IMG/VR virus record: IMGVR_UViG_3300034418_007342
Location: 1 to 64,000 of that record
From: an uncultured virus (IMG/VR IMGVR_UViG_3300034418_007342)
Taxonomy: Duplodnaviria; Heunggongvirae; Uroviricota; Caudoviricetes
Length of the DNA stretch: 64,000 nt
Reading direction: 5' to 3' (one strand)
Positions within the stretch are counted from its first letter, which is position 1, and each line of letters begins with the position of its first letter. Positions 31,521-41,042 of the stretch are shown here, one piece after another. The notes below the pieces were generated by a model. That model was not told the origin of the DNA. It ran no database searches and saw nothing but the letters and a program-made list of their open reading frames with translations. The translations under genes and the position numbers were made by a program.

Positions 31521-32125
31521 TGGATCATAAAATGTTAGATAACGCAAAAGCAATGGTACAAGGACACGTTAAAATTTGGGATCCATTAACCCAGGAAATT
31601 TTTATTGACAAACCAAATGCCATTCACTATGAAAATATGAGCGAAGCACTGGCAACCGCTGTGGCTAATAAAGGCACACAATATATTCAAAATATGGTGT
31701 TTGGTAATGGAGCCACAGTAGTAGATACAACAGGTGTGATTACTTACTTGCCGCCCAATACATACGGTCAAGGTGCAACACTTTATAATGAAACTTACAG
31801 CAAAATTGTAGACAATACTAGCGCATTAAACTTAGATCCCAATAGGAATTATATTGAAATTAGACACACACCAGGTCTAATTTATACAGATATCTTTGTA
31901 AGTTGTTTGTTGGATTATGCTGAGCCTGCAGGACAACAAGCGTTTGATAATAGTGCCACTATGCAGGGAACATATGTTTTTGATGAATTAGGTTTAGAAA
32001 GTGCAGATGGTAAACTATTAACTCACGTTATCTTCCACCCTGTTCAAAAAGCACTTAATAGGCTGATTCAAATTGATTACACAGTTAGAATACAAACACT
32101 AACAAACCTAAGTTCTAACTTATAA
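31520..32125 (+). CDS. Putative virion structural protein (baseplate/fibre attachment)
   Basis: GHVKIWDP...NAIHYENMS...FDELGL...LLTHVIFHPVQK, located in the fibre region. Confidence 0.55.
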   Translation: MDHKMLDNAKAMVQGHVKIWDPLTQEIFIDKPNAIHYENMSEALATAVANKGTQYIQNMVFGNGATVVDTTGVITYLPPNTYGQGATLYNETYSKIVDNTSALNLDPNRNYIEIRHTPGLIYTDIFVSCLLDYAEPAGQQAFDNSATMQGTYVFDELGLESADGKLLTHVIFHPVQKALNRLIQIDYTVRIQTLTNLSSNL

Positions 32126-32132
32126 TAGGAAA

Positions 32133-32138
32133 TAAATA
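32133..32138 (+). promoter_or_regulatory. Late promoter motif TAAATA
   Basis: AATAAATA in the gap before ATG 32159. Confidence 0.65.
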
Positions 32139-32158
32139 TTAAGAACGGTACGTAAAAA

Positions 32159-33631
32159 ATGGCATATACAATTAGATTAACAAACGGTTCTACTTTAACC
32201 ACAATTGCTGATGGTACAGTTAATACTACCAGCAGCGATTTGACTTTGGTAGGAAAAAACTATGCAGGTTATGGAGCCTTTCTAAATGAAAACTATGTCC
32301 ATTTACTAGAAAATTTTAGTAGAGGTACTGCCCCAACAACCCCACTAGCAGGACAAATATGGTGGGATACCGCCGGAAACCTTAAAGTATACACCGGAAC
32401 TGCATGGAAAACTTTGAGCAGTATTACAAGCACCTCAGTAGAACCAACTTCTGCATCTACTGGCAACAGTTGGTGGGATACAACAAACGAACAATTATAT
32501 ATTTGGAATGGTACAAGTTGGACATTGGTCGGCCCTGCATTTAGTAGTAACACTGGTACCAGTGGTACAATTGTAGGTACAATTACAGATACTGGTAACG
32601 TCAATCACGTTGCTGTAAACGTTTACGTTGCTAGTGATTTAGTAACTATTATAAGCAAGGACTCGACTCCTTATACTCCACAAACAACAATTACAGGTTT
32701 TACAACTATTAAACCTGGTTTTAACTTAGTATCTAATACAGTTATTCCAAATATTGCATACTATGGAACTGCAGACAATGCAAATAATTTAGGATTTGTA
32801 GCAGCAAGCAACTATGCACGGACGGATATAGCAGAAACTTTTGACAGTACAGTTACTATTGCTGACAACAACGGTTTAACAGTCGGACAATTCAATAATT
32901 ACACTGCCAGTGTTTCTAGTAATGTAGTTCAATTGACTAACAACATTAATAATGCTAACGTAGCAATACGTGCAAATGTAGGAGGTTTATTAACTTCGGC
33001 AGTCCTTGTAGTTGGTGCATCGGGAAGAGTAGTTTTCAGTAATGCAATCTCGGTTACTGGAAACGCTACAGTAAGTAATTATTTGTTAGCAACTCAAGGC
33101 GAAAATGCTACCAGTAACGTTACAGGTGCTATCCGTGTAACAGGTGGTATTGGACTAACAGGAAACATTTATACTAGCGGCAATATTACCGCAGTTGGCA
33201 ACGTAACTGGTAGTTACTTTGTTGGTACTGCAATTACTGCACAATACGCTGACTTGGCAGAACGTTTTGAAGCAGACCGAGATTATCCTCCAGGAACGGT
33301 GGTAATGATTGGTGGCGAAAAAGAAATTACGCAATGTGATACTGTAAACTGCGAAAATGTATTAGGTGTTATTAGTACTGAACCTGCTTACTTGATGAAT
33401 AGTTTAAATGGCACAGAACAGGTTAAAATTGCACCACCAGTTGCTATGGTAGGTCGTGTGCCTGTGCGTACAGTTGGCAGAGTGCAAAAAGGTGACCGTT
33501 TAGTAAGCGCAGGAAATGGCTGTGCTCGATCTGCAAATGCTGACCACGGTGCTGTTATCGGCAGAGCACTTGAAAACAAAGATATGGATGACGAGGCATT
33601 GCTTGAAGCCATCGTCAAGGTAAATATATAA
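32159..33631 (+). CDS. Tail fibre-like protein with C-terminal chaperone (peptidase G2-like) domain
   Basis: LVGKNYAGYG..LNEN..HLLENF, GQIWWD and WNGTSW motifs, plus C-terminal YADLAERF...GRVPVR...KGDRL shared with 29572..31359. Confidence 0.7.
   Translation: MAYTIRLTNGSTLTTIADGTVNTTSSDLTLVGKNYAGYGAFLNENYVHLLENFSRGTAPTTPLAGQIWWDTAGNLKVYTGTAWKTLSSITSTSVEPTSASTGNSWWDTTNEQLYIWNGTSWTLVGPAFSSNTGTSGTIVGTITDTGNVNHVAVNVYVASDLVTIISKDSTPYTPQTTITGFTTIKPGFNLVSNTVIPNIAYYGTADNANNLGFVAASNYARTDIAETFDSTVTIADNNGLTVGQFNNYTASVSSNVVQLTNNINNANVAIRANVGGLLTSAVLVVGASGRVVFSNAISVTGNATVSNYLLATQGENATSNVTGAIRVTGGIGLTGNIYTSGNITAVGNVTGSYFVGTAITAQYADLAERFEADRDYPPGTVVMIGGEKEITQCDTVNCENVLGVISTEPAYLMNSLNGTEQVKIAPPVAMVGRVPVRTVGRVQKGDRLVSAGNGCARSANADHGAVIGRALENKDMDDEALLEAIVKVNI
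33621..33626 (+). promoter_or_regulatory. Late promoter motif TAAATA
   Basis: GTAAATA upstream of the AAGGA SD and ATG 33644. Confidence 0.55.
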
Positions 33632-33643
33632 AAGGATTAGAAC

Positions 33644-34585
33644 ATGACATACAGTTCAGGTGGTTTAGTTGAAGCAAGTGATTATAATGCATTTGCGGGC
33701 GGCGCAGCAGCCAATGTATCAGGTCAACTAAACACCTTATGGTCAACAGGTTATGGTAATGCAGGTTATGGTCAAACTACAGTTGCAAACGTTACTGCCG
33801 TATCTGATCAAATTACAGCTGGCCAATGGACTACCTTAGTAGGTTCACTAAATGCAGTTCGCAAACATCAAAGCGGCGGCGGTTTTAGTAATCTTAGTAC
33901 GTATATAACCGGCGAAGTAATTAATGCCACCAACGATGTAAGTACAAACTTAACCACCGCTTATACAAATAGATTAACAAGTGCTGCTGCAGGACCAACT
34001 CTTAACCAACCTGACCAAGCTGCAAGCATTAACACCAGTAGTACTAGTGCAGTCGATTTTAACTTTGGTAGAACTGCAACATTTGGCAGTTCGGATCAGG
34101 CCAGATACTTTTTTAATGCAGGCGGAACTATTGCAATCCAGGTTACCAGTACAACCAACACCGGTGGTACAACTCGTGGCGCTGCTCTATTAGACGTTAT
34201 TGATAACTGCACAGGTAAAACTATGAGTGCAATTACATTTAATGCTATTACTACCCCTGCTCCGTTTACAGAAAACACAGACTTGACTACTTATGGCTAT
34301 TATGGCCAGACTTCGGCAAACTTAGAAGTGTATAAAAATACCGGCAGCGACAGTGGCAGTGCTTACAATGCACAGTTTGCCAGAGTGCTAACTAAGGTAA
34401 CAGGAACTGCAGGCTCAAACGGCGGTGTAGGTGAAGTAATTACATTCAGCATCGAAAGTCAAAGTCCAGCACAAAGTCCAGCGTTCGACGACAATATCGA
34501 CGTAACAGTTAACCATAGACTACAAGTTGTATATCCAAGTACAACATACCTAGCCAATACTTGGGGCAGTGTAACATTTGGTTAA
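33644..34585 (+). CDS. Putative virion structural protein (fibre/collar-associated)
   Basis: T/S/G/A-rich, with GYGQ and ARYFFNAGG motifs. Last gene of the late block. Confidence 0.55.
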   Translation: MTYSSGGLVEASDYNAFAGGAAANVSGQLNTLWSTGYGNAGYGQTTVANVTAVSDQITAGQWTTLVGSLNAVRKHQSGGGFSNLSTYITGEVINATNDVSTNLTTAYTNRLTSAAAGPTLNQPDQAASINTSSTSAVDFNFGRTATFGSSDQARYFFNAGGTIAIQVTSTTNTGGTTRGAALLDVIDNCTGKTMSAITFNAITTPAPFTENTDLTTYGYYGQTSANLEVYKNTGSDSGSAYNAQFARVLTKVTGTAGSNGGVGEVITFSIESQSPAQSPAFDDNIDVTVNHRLQVVYPSTTYLANTWGSVTFG

Positions 34586-34600
34586 TTAGTTCAAATTAAT

Positions 34601-34629
34601 TTGACAGCCCAAGGTACAGAGTATATAAT
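34601..34629 (+). promoter_or_regulatory. Consensus sigma70 promoter heading the enzyme island
   Basis: TTGACA(34601-06)-N17-TATAAT(34624-29). Confidence 0.85.
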
Positions 34630-34650
34630 ACTGTACCTTTTATTATTTTT
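34611..34650 (+). terminator. Intrinsic terminator-like hairpin ending the structural block
   Basis: AAGGTACAG/CTGTACCTT 9-bp stem followed by a T-rich tract. Confidence 0.65.
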
Positions 34651-34653
34651 GCA

Positions 34654-34971
34654 ATGGAAAATTCTATTAACACGCTGGTAGATCAAGTTAGACAGTCTAC
34701 TAACTATCAAATCAACAAAAAAATTCTTAGAGAAAAAATTAAAACGGATCTGTTACTGCCTTATAACAACGGCATGTTTATAGTCACACAAGAACTGTTG
34801 GCATTTTTGGCTACCTGGCCCGATGACGTATTGTACCTCGAAGACACTTATCAAAATCCTGTAGAAGTCAATCGCAAAGAGTTACTAGAATCTGCTAGAC
34901 AGCACTATCAAACTGTAATGAATACTTGGCATCAACAACATGCAGAACTCAAACAAGTCAGAAAAATCTAG
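34654..34971 (+). CDS. Hypothetical protein
   Basis: 105-aa ORF directly after the promoter, overlapping the next gene. No recognisable catalytic motif. Confidence 0.6.
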   Translation: MENSINTLVDQVRQSTNYQINKKILREKIKTDLLLPYNNGMFIVTQELLAFLATWPDDVLYLEDTYQNPVEVNRKELLESARQHYQTVMNTWHQQHAELKQVRKI

Positions 34972-35761
34972 AGGCGTAGTTATTTTTGCATTCAATTCTG
35001 TCAGGGTTGATTATGTAAAAATTGCAGGACGTTCTGCCAGATTGATAAAACATTTCTTACAAATACCAGTTACTGTAATTACTGATAGTGACGTAGCAGA
35101 CAATGTCTTTGATCGAGTTATTAAAATCGAAAACAAAGATTCTAACTTTAGATATACTAGCGATGGCAAAACTACTGAATGGCGAAATTTTGGCAGGCAC
35201 CTGGCCTATGAACTAACACCTTATGATGAAACTATTTTAATAGATGGAGATTATTTTATATTAGACAGTAATTTGAATAAATTCTGGTCTATAGACTTTG
35301 AATATAAAATAGTGACTACCAGCAACAGTCCTGACCAAACCATGAGCAATGCTATGGGACACAGGGGATTTAATCTGCTATGGGCAACGGTTGTCATGTT
35401 TCGTAAAACTAAATTTACTAAAACATTTTTCGATCTAATCGGCAGAGTGCAGAAAAACTATGCCTATTATTATAAACTGTTTAATTTAACAGGTCCTTAT
35501 AGAAATGATTTTGCTTTTGCAATAGCAGATTTAGTTATCAATGGTTATACAAAAGATCCTAGAAACTATTTTCACAATGCTATGTTAACGATAGAGCAAC
35601 CTATTCGAAATATTGAAGTAAGGAATAGTCTTTTGGTCGTCAGAGAATCGCAACGAGCACACGTTATTTCACAACAAAATATTCACATCATGGACAAAGA
35701 TTTTTTGATGAGCGACAATTGCCATAATTTTGTAGAAAGCATAGTCAGTGAGCCAGCATAA
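34940..35761 (+). CDS. Putative GT-A fold glycosyltransferase (GT8-like)
   Basis: GVVIFAFN...YELTPYDETILIDGDY (DxD), WATVVMF and YRNDFAF. Confidence 0.6.
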   Translation: MQNSNKSEKSRGVVIFAFNSVRVDYVKIAGRSARLIKHFLQIPVTVITDSDVADNVFDRVIKIENKDSNFRYTSDGKTTEWRNFGRHLAYELTPYDETILIDGDYFILDSNLNKFWSIDFEYKIVTTSNSPDQTMSNAMGHRGFNLLWATVVMFRKTKFTKTFFDLIGRVQKNYAYYYKLFNLTGPYRNDFAFAIADLVINGYTKDPRNYFHNAMLTIEQPIRNIEVRNSLLVVRESQRAHVISQQNIHIMDKDFLMSDNCHNFVESIVSEPA

Positions 35762-36605
35762 AGACAGTCAAGGTTTTGTAACCTTTGCACAAAATACTGA
35801 CCAAGTTAACTATCTACAATTGGCTTATGTACAGTGCATGAGCATAAAACTTACGCAGAAAATTAACAAGTATGCGGTTATTGTTGACAAAAAAACAGAA
35901 AATCAAATTGAACGACATCATCGCGAAATGTTTGATTACATTATTGTTCTAGACAATGATACCACTACCGATGTTGCTAGATTTAACAACGAATGGCAGG
36001 TTTTTAACCTAACACCATTTAAGGAAACTGTAAAACTAGAAAGTGATTTGCTGTTTACAAGATCGATTGATCATTGGTGGAACACATTTAGGCTGCGGGA
36101 TATAGTACTCAGCGTGAGCTGCAAAAATTATCAAGGCCTAAATTCTAATGTCAGGTTTTATAGAAAATTATTTGACGACAACGGGTTGCCAGACGTCTAC
36201 AATGGTCTGATGTATTTTAGATATACCAAAACTGCACATGATTTTTTTAACAGGGCTAAAGAAATTTTTCAAGAATATACGGCTATTTCGGATCATGCTT
36301 TGGTTAATTGCAGAGAAGTACACCCCAGTACCGATGTTGTTTATGCTATTGCTGCTAGTATAATTGGAGAGGAACATTGTACATTACCAGCAGCAGACTT
36401 TATTAATTTTGTACATATGAAACCCCAAATTAATAACAACAGGCATGAGCGATGGCAAAAGGATTTCATAACAGAATTAGACCAAGGCATGATAAGAGTA
36501 AATATGTATAACCAATATGATCCTTTTCACTATTATGATAAATCATATGTTACTGAGGAAATAATCAATGAGTATAGAACAAGATGCGGCAAAATTTTGG
36601 GCTGA
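35748..36605 (+). CDS. Putative GT-A fold protein, paralog of the preceding gene
   Basis: GFVTFAQN...LTPFKETVKLESDLL, YNGLMYF, STDVVYA, FVHMK and FHYYDK. Confidence 0.55.
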   Translation: MSQHKDSQGFVTFAQNTDQVNYLQLAYVQCMSIKLTQKINKYAVIVDKKTENQIERHHREMFDYIIVLDNDTTTDVARFNNEWQVFNLTPFKETVKLESDLLFTRSIDHWWNTFRLRDIVLSVSCKNYQGLNSNVRFYRKLFDDNGLPDVYNGLMYFRYTKTAHDFFNRAKEIFQEYTAISDHALVNCREVHPSTDVVYAIAASIIGEEHCTLPAADFINFVHMKPQINNNRHERWQKDFITELDQGMIRVNMYNQYDPFHYYDKSYVTEEIINEYRTRCGKILG

Positions 36606-36960
36606 AGTAGAACAATTAGAAAAAAACAATCAAAGTACTGAGCCAGTATACGAATATAGAATTTACTATGAAGAAGATGGAACAGTTGTTTCTGGTCAAC
36701 CTGTCAGGCTTGACCGAGCAGACGGGAATCCTTTACCAATTGGTCCTTATATAACAGTTTCCCTTGAAGAATATAGAAATCTAGGCAACAAAATAGTTAA
36801 AGATGGTGCGCTATATCAACCACCAAGAGCTAACCACGTTCAAGCACTTTTAGAAAAAGCAGACAGTGGTCAATATGTAGTTAAAAACAATGCCGCACTA
36901 GCCATCAATGAAAATGAAACTTATCAAGACGTAGAACAGTATGGAAAAAAATCTGATTGA
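36568..36960 (+). CDS. Hypothetical protein
   Basis: 130-aa ORF in the operon, containing EYRIYYEEDG. Confidence 0.55.
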   Translation: MSIEQDAAKFWAEVEQLEKNNQSTEPVYEYRIYYEEDGTVVSGQPVRLDRADGNPLPIGPYITVSLEEYRNLGNKIVKDGALYQPPRANHVQALLEKADSGQYVVKNNAALAINENETYQDVEQYGKKSD

Positions 36961-37000
36961 TATTGCAGAAAAGTTACTTAAATTTCAGGTTAACCTATAA

Positions 37001-37669
37001 ATGAAGATATGGGTTTTTGGTCATAGTTTTAGCTTACCTTACAAAGTGGAATTTGGATGGCCTGATCATTTAAAAAAGTATTTTAATTGTGAGGTTGTAA
37101 ACTTAGCAAAGGCTGCTATTGACAATTTATATATCTATAATTCATATTTAGAAGTCCAAAAGCAGATAGCAAAAGATGATGTAGTTATTATAGGATGGAG
37201 TCATCCCTCCCGTAAACTGTTTATTTTAGATAACAACAACATCCATCAGACTAGTATAATAGATAAAAGTTTTTACTTCAAATCTAAAACAAAAGAATTT
37301 ATACGCAGTACTGGTGGAAGTGCTGATAGTGCTGAAAAGTTTTCATTGATGAATCCTATAGACGGTACATTAAGTTATTATAATGATTGGTTTAATAAAT
37401 ATTTTTCTAAACCAGAACAATCATTGAATTTTCAAGCATATTATGATAGCGTTTTGCTTACTAACACAAGTAGATACATTCCGTTTTTCTTTAGTAAAAA
37501 TAGTATAAGTGATATTGACATACGGAATTATACTGAATTGTGTATGTTAGACTATATTATAGATAACAAATTAGAATTAAGTAAAACAGACGTTCATGCA
37601 AATGAACAAGGTCATTCCGAATGGGCCAATATATTAATAAAAATTATAGAAACAAATAATGTTAGTTGA
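37001..37669 (+). CDS. SGNH/GDSL-like hydrolase or acyltransferase
   Basis: IWVFGHSFS block I, VVNLA, VIIGWS..SR and C-terminal DVHANEQGH. AT-rich. Confidence 0.55.
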   Translation: MKIWVFGHSFSLPYKVEFGWPDHLKKYFNCEVVNLAKAAIDNLYIYNSYLEVQKQIAKDDVVIIGWSHPSRKLFILDNNNIHQTSIIDKSFYFKSKTKEFIRSTGGSADSAEKFSLMNPIDGTLSYYNDWFNKYFSKPEQSLNFQAYYDSVLLTNTSRYIPFFFSKNSISDIDIRNYTELCMLDYIIDNKLELSKTDVHANEQGHSEWANILIKIIETNNVS

Positions 37670-38576
37670 TATCGCAGACTTAGACTGCATCTATTTAAGT
37701 TACGATGAACCCAAGAAAGAAGAGTTTTGGATTAAGATCCAAAACATGGTGCCTTGGGCAAAACGAGTGGACGGAGTACACGGTAGTGATGCAGCACACA
37801 AAGCCGCTGCTCGTGCAAGCGAAACAGAAAGGTTTGTGCTAATAGATGGAGATAACATCCCTGATCCAAATTTTTTTAATTTACAATTGCGATTAACAGA
37901 ACGCAATCAGGATCATGTATTTCGTTGGAAAGCACGTAATGAAATAAATGGCTTACAGTATGGCAACGGGGGAATTAGTTGTTGGACTAAGCAGTTTGTA
38001 GAGTTGATGCAAACACACGAACACAGTGATGGCAGTGATGATACTTGTGTAGAATTCTGTTTTGACCCTAAGTATCAAGCAATGCACGACTGCTATAGCA
38101 CAACCTACCCTAACGGTAGTCCCTATCAAGCATGGCGTGCAGGATTTAGAGAAGGCGTAAAAATGTGTTTAGACCGAGGCGCAAAACCTACACTGCAAGA
38201 ATTTGAACAACGTGTGCATCAACGTAACTACGATCATCTTTGCATCTGGCAAACTGTAGGCAGAGATGTGGAAAACGGTTGGTGGGCAATATATGGTGCA
38301 AGACTAGGCACATATCTTACAATGTGTAAAGAATGGGATTACAGACAAGTTCAAGATTTTAACTATTTGAAAAAGTTATGGCAGAGTTTTGGCCAAGACA
38401 CAGATGATGCCAGCGTGAGACTGGCAGACATACTAAAACAAAAACTAGGCTTACCCATTGCAGAACTTGATGCAGACCAAAGCCGTTTTTTTAAGCATCA
38501 TTATCGACAGAGTCAACATAATTTAGGAACAACTGTAACTGAAATGGACATAATCCGTAAACAGGAAGGTTGGTAA
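37659..38576 (+). CDS. Putative phage glycosyltransferase (GT-A-like, DGD motif)
   Basis: CIYLSYDEP, RVDGVHGSDAAHKAAA, FVLIDGDN, NGLQYGNGG and AWRAGFREGVKM. Confidence 0.6.
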   Translation: MLVDIADLDCIYLSYDEPKKEEFWIKIQNMVPWAKRVDGVHGSDAAHKAAARASETERFVLIDGDNIPDPNFFNLQLRLTERNQDHVFRWKARNEINGLQYGNGGISCWTKQFVELMQTHEHSDGSDDTCVEFCFDPKYQAMHDCYSTTYPNGSPYQAWRAGFREGVKMCLDRGAKPTLQEFEQRVHQRNYDHLCIWQTVGRDVENGWWAIYGARLGTYLTMCKEWDYRQVQDFNYLKKLWQSFGQDTDDASVRLADILKQKLGLPIAELDADQSRFFKHHYRQSQHNLGTTVTEMDIIRKQEGW

Positions 38577-39661
38577 TGACTTGGCAATGTGGTGCTATTG
38601 ATAGTGGTGTTACTATTTTTCCTGATGCAAAAATACGGCCTTGTTGTTTGGTTTCTGCTGATTATAGTAAGCCTATTAGTGAAATAACTAACCCTAATAG
38701 ATTCCAAGACATCAAAAATGAAGACAAGCCTGAAGCTTGTCGCGCTTGTTGGAGCAAAGAAATTAATGGCTGGGAAAGTATCAGACCGTATTACGATTCA
38801 GGCATAGGTGCTACTAAGCAAATTAAATTCTTAGATATCCGTAATACAAATCAATGTAACATAAAATGTAGGTACTGTGGCCCTCATTTTAGTAACCAAT
38901 GGGCTAAAGAATTATCAATATTTCCTGCAATCAAACAGACAGAAATAACTCATCTATTAGATACAATATTAACAGAAGATTTAATTGACTTGTATTTTAC
39001 TGGTGGGGAACCATTTATATCTGCTGACCATTTTAATGTTATAACTAAATTAATCGACATGGGTTATAGTAAAAACATTGTATTGCGTTATAATACAAAT
39101 TTAACCGTGTTGGGATATAAAAATAATGACTTTTTTAAGTTATGGAAAAATTTTAAAAAAGTTCATATAACTGTTAGCATTGATGCAATTGGTACAGAAC
39201 TCGAACATATTCGATCTGGTGCATCGTGGACTACTATAAAAAATAATTTGGAAACAATACAAAATAAAAATTTAAAAAATTTAACTGTGACATTATCTCC
39301 TGTTGTGAGTTTATTAAATATTTGGTTTCTGCCAGACTTGCTTAAATTTACTATTGCAAAAAACCTTCAAGTTGATTTAATACCGTTATACGGGCCGGAT
39401 TATTTAGACATTTCTGCAATACCTAAAGATTTAAAACCGTTGGCTAAAGAAAAACTGAACAAAATAAAAGACCATATTAAAAATTCAAAATATAACGAAT
39501 TAATTTACAAATTAGACAATGTTGATAATGAATTTTTATTCACTACAACACTAAGACATATTTTATTATTAGACAAGTTACGCAATGAAAATCTTTTTGA
39601 TTTATTGCCTTTTAAACAATATGCAATCGATAATACACTAAGAAATAACGAATATGAATAA
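38570..39661 (+). CDS. Radical SAM protein with N-terminal twitch-like module
   Basis: CNIKCRYC and FTGGEP. N-terminal C...RPCC...CRAC. AT-rich. Confidence 0.88.
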   Translation: MVMTWQCGAIDSGVTIFPDAKIRPCCLVSADYSKPISEITNPNRFQDIKNEDKPEACRACWSKEINGWESIRPYYDSGIGATKQIKFLDIRNTNQCNIKCRYCGPHFSNQWAKELSIFPAIKQTEITHLLDTILTEDLIDLYFTGGEPFISADHFNVITKLIDMGYSKNIVLRYNTNLTVLGYKNNDFFKLWKNFKKVHITVSIDAIGTELEHIRSGASWTTIKNNLETIQNKNLKNLTVTLSPVVSLLNIWFLPDLLKFTIAKNLQVDLIPLYGPDYLDISAIPKDLKPLAKEKLNKIKDHIKNSKYNELIYKLDNVDNEFLFTTTLRHILLLDKLRNENLFDLLPFKQYAIDNTLRNNEYE

Positions 39662-41042
39662 GAGCGTATTTTTAACAGGAGCAGAAAATATGCGGGACTT
39701 GTTAGGGCCCAGTCTTTGTTTGGCTAAATGGAAACAAGTTAGTCTGCATTTACCTACAGGCCTAAACAACAGTTGCTATCATCCTCCACTACACCAAATT
39801 GACGCAGCACAAGTTCAACACAATCCCAGCGCACTGCACAATACCGAACATAAAAAACAGCAACGTCAGATCATGCTTCGAGAAGAACGTCCAAGCGAGT
39901 GCAGTTACTGCTGGACACAGGAAGACTTGGGCAATTTAAGCGACAGGCACTATCGCAGCGGCGAGCCTTGGGCCGCAAAAGATTACCACAGTATCTTAGA
40001 GTCAACAGGCCATGAGGATGTTCTCCCTTCCTACGTTGAAGTAAATTTTAATCACGCTTGTAATCTTAAGTGCAGTTATTGCAGTCCTCAGTTTAGTAGT
40101 ACATGGGATGAGGAAATTCAACGGCATGGTGCTTTTCCAACAGTGCCTTTGCACAATGCACCTGAACACTTTACGGGACGCAATAGACCTATACCAGCAA
40201 GGGAACAAAATCCCTATGTAGATGCATTTTGGCAGTGGTGGCCCGAACTGTATCCTGAACTGGAACATTTTAGAATGACTGGTGGCGAACCTTTAATGGA
40301 TCGAAACACTTATCGTGTGTTTGACTATGTGCTGGCCAATCCCAGTCCTCGCTTACACATGAACGTGACCAGCAACTTTAGTGTTGAAGATAATTTGTTT
40401 GAAAAATATTTGGATTATGTTAAACAGTTGACTACAAACGAGCCAAGGTATTTGGAGCACTTCATGCAATACGTTAGTCTTGACTGTATGTTTGAACGTG
40501 CAGAATATGGCAGACATGGCATGAACTTTGAACGAGTTTGGGAAAACGTAAATAGATTTCTCAATGAAGTTCCTACACGTAGCAGTTTGACATTCATCAT
40601 TACTATGAATACCCTGAACATAACAGGGTTTCATGAAATTATGAATGCCATATACGGGTTGAGAATGATCTACAACAAAGACTATCAGCGTGTTTGGTTT
40701 GATACTCCTATACTGCGTCAGCCTGCTTGGCAAAACATACAGATTTTGCCAGAGTTATATGTGGACTACTTGGAAGAACCTTGGGCATTTATGATGAAAA
40801 ACATAAATGAAAATAAGGAAAATAAACTACATGGATTCAAAGATTATGAACTTCACAGACTGCAACGAGTAATCGATTATATGCGGGAAGGTTGCAAATT
40901 AGATCCTGAATATGTTAAAATGCAACAGGCAAACTTTTATCGATTCTTCTCAGAACATGATCGTCGCAGAGGTACAGACTTTTTGACAACTTTTCCAGAG
41001 ATGACGGAATTTTGGACAACTTGTAAACATTATGCAAAATGA
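39654..41042 (+). CDS. Radical SAM protein with N-terminal twitch-like module (CxAKW subtype)
   Basis: CNLKCSYC and TGGEP. N-terminal CLAKW...SCYHP...CSYCW. Confidence 0.9.
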   Translation: MNKSVFLTGAENMRDLLGPSLCLAKWKQVSLHLPTGLNNSCYHPPLHQIDAAQVQHNPSALHNTEHKKQQRQIMLREERPSECSYCWTQEDLGNLSDRHYRSGEPWAAKDYHSILESTGHEDVLPSYVEVNFNHACNLKCSYCSPQFSSTWDEEIQRHGAFPTVPLHNAPEHFTGRNRPIPAREQNPYVDAFWQWWPELYPELEHFRMTGGEPLMDRNTYRVFDYVLANPSPRLHMNVTSNFSVEDNLFEKYLDYVKQLTTNEPRYLEHFMQYVSLDCMFERAEYGRHGMNFERVWENVNRFLNEVPTRSSLTFIITMNTLNITGFHEIMNAIYGLRMIYNKDYQRVWFDTPILRQPAWQNIQILPELYVDYLEEPWAFMMKNINENKENKLHGFKDYELHRLQRVIDYMREGCKLDPEYVKMQQANFYRFFSEHDRRRGTDFLTTFPEMTEFWTTCKHYAK

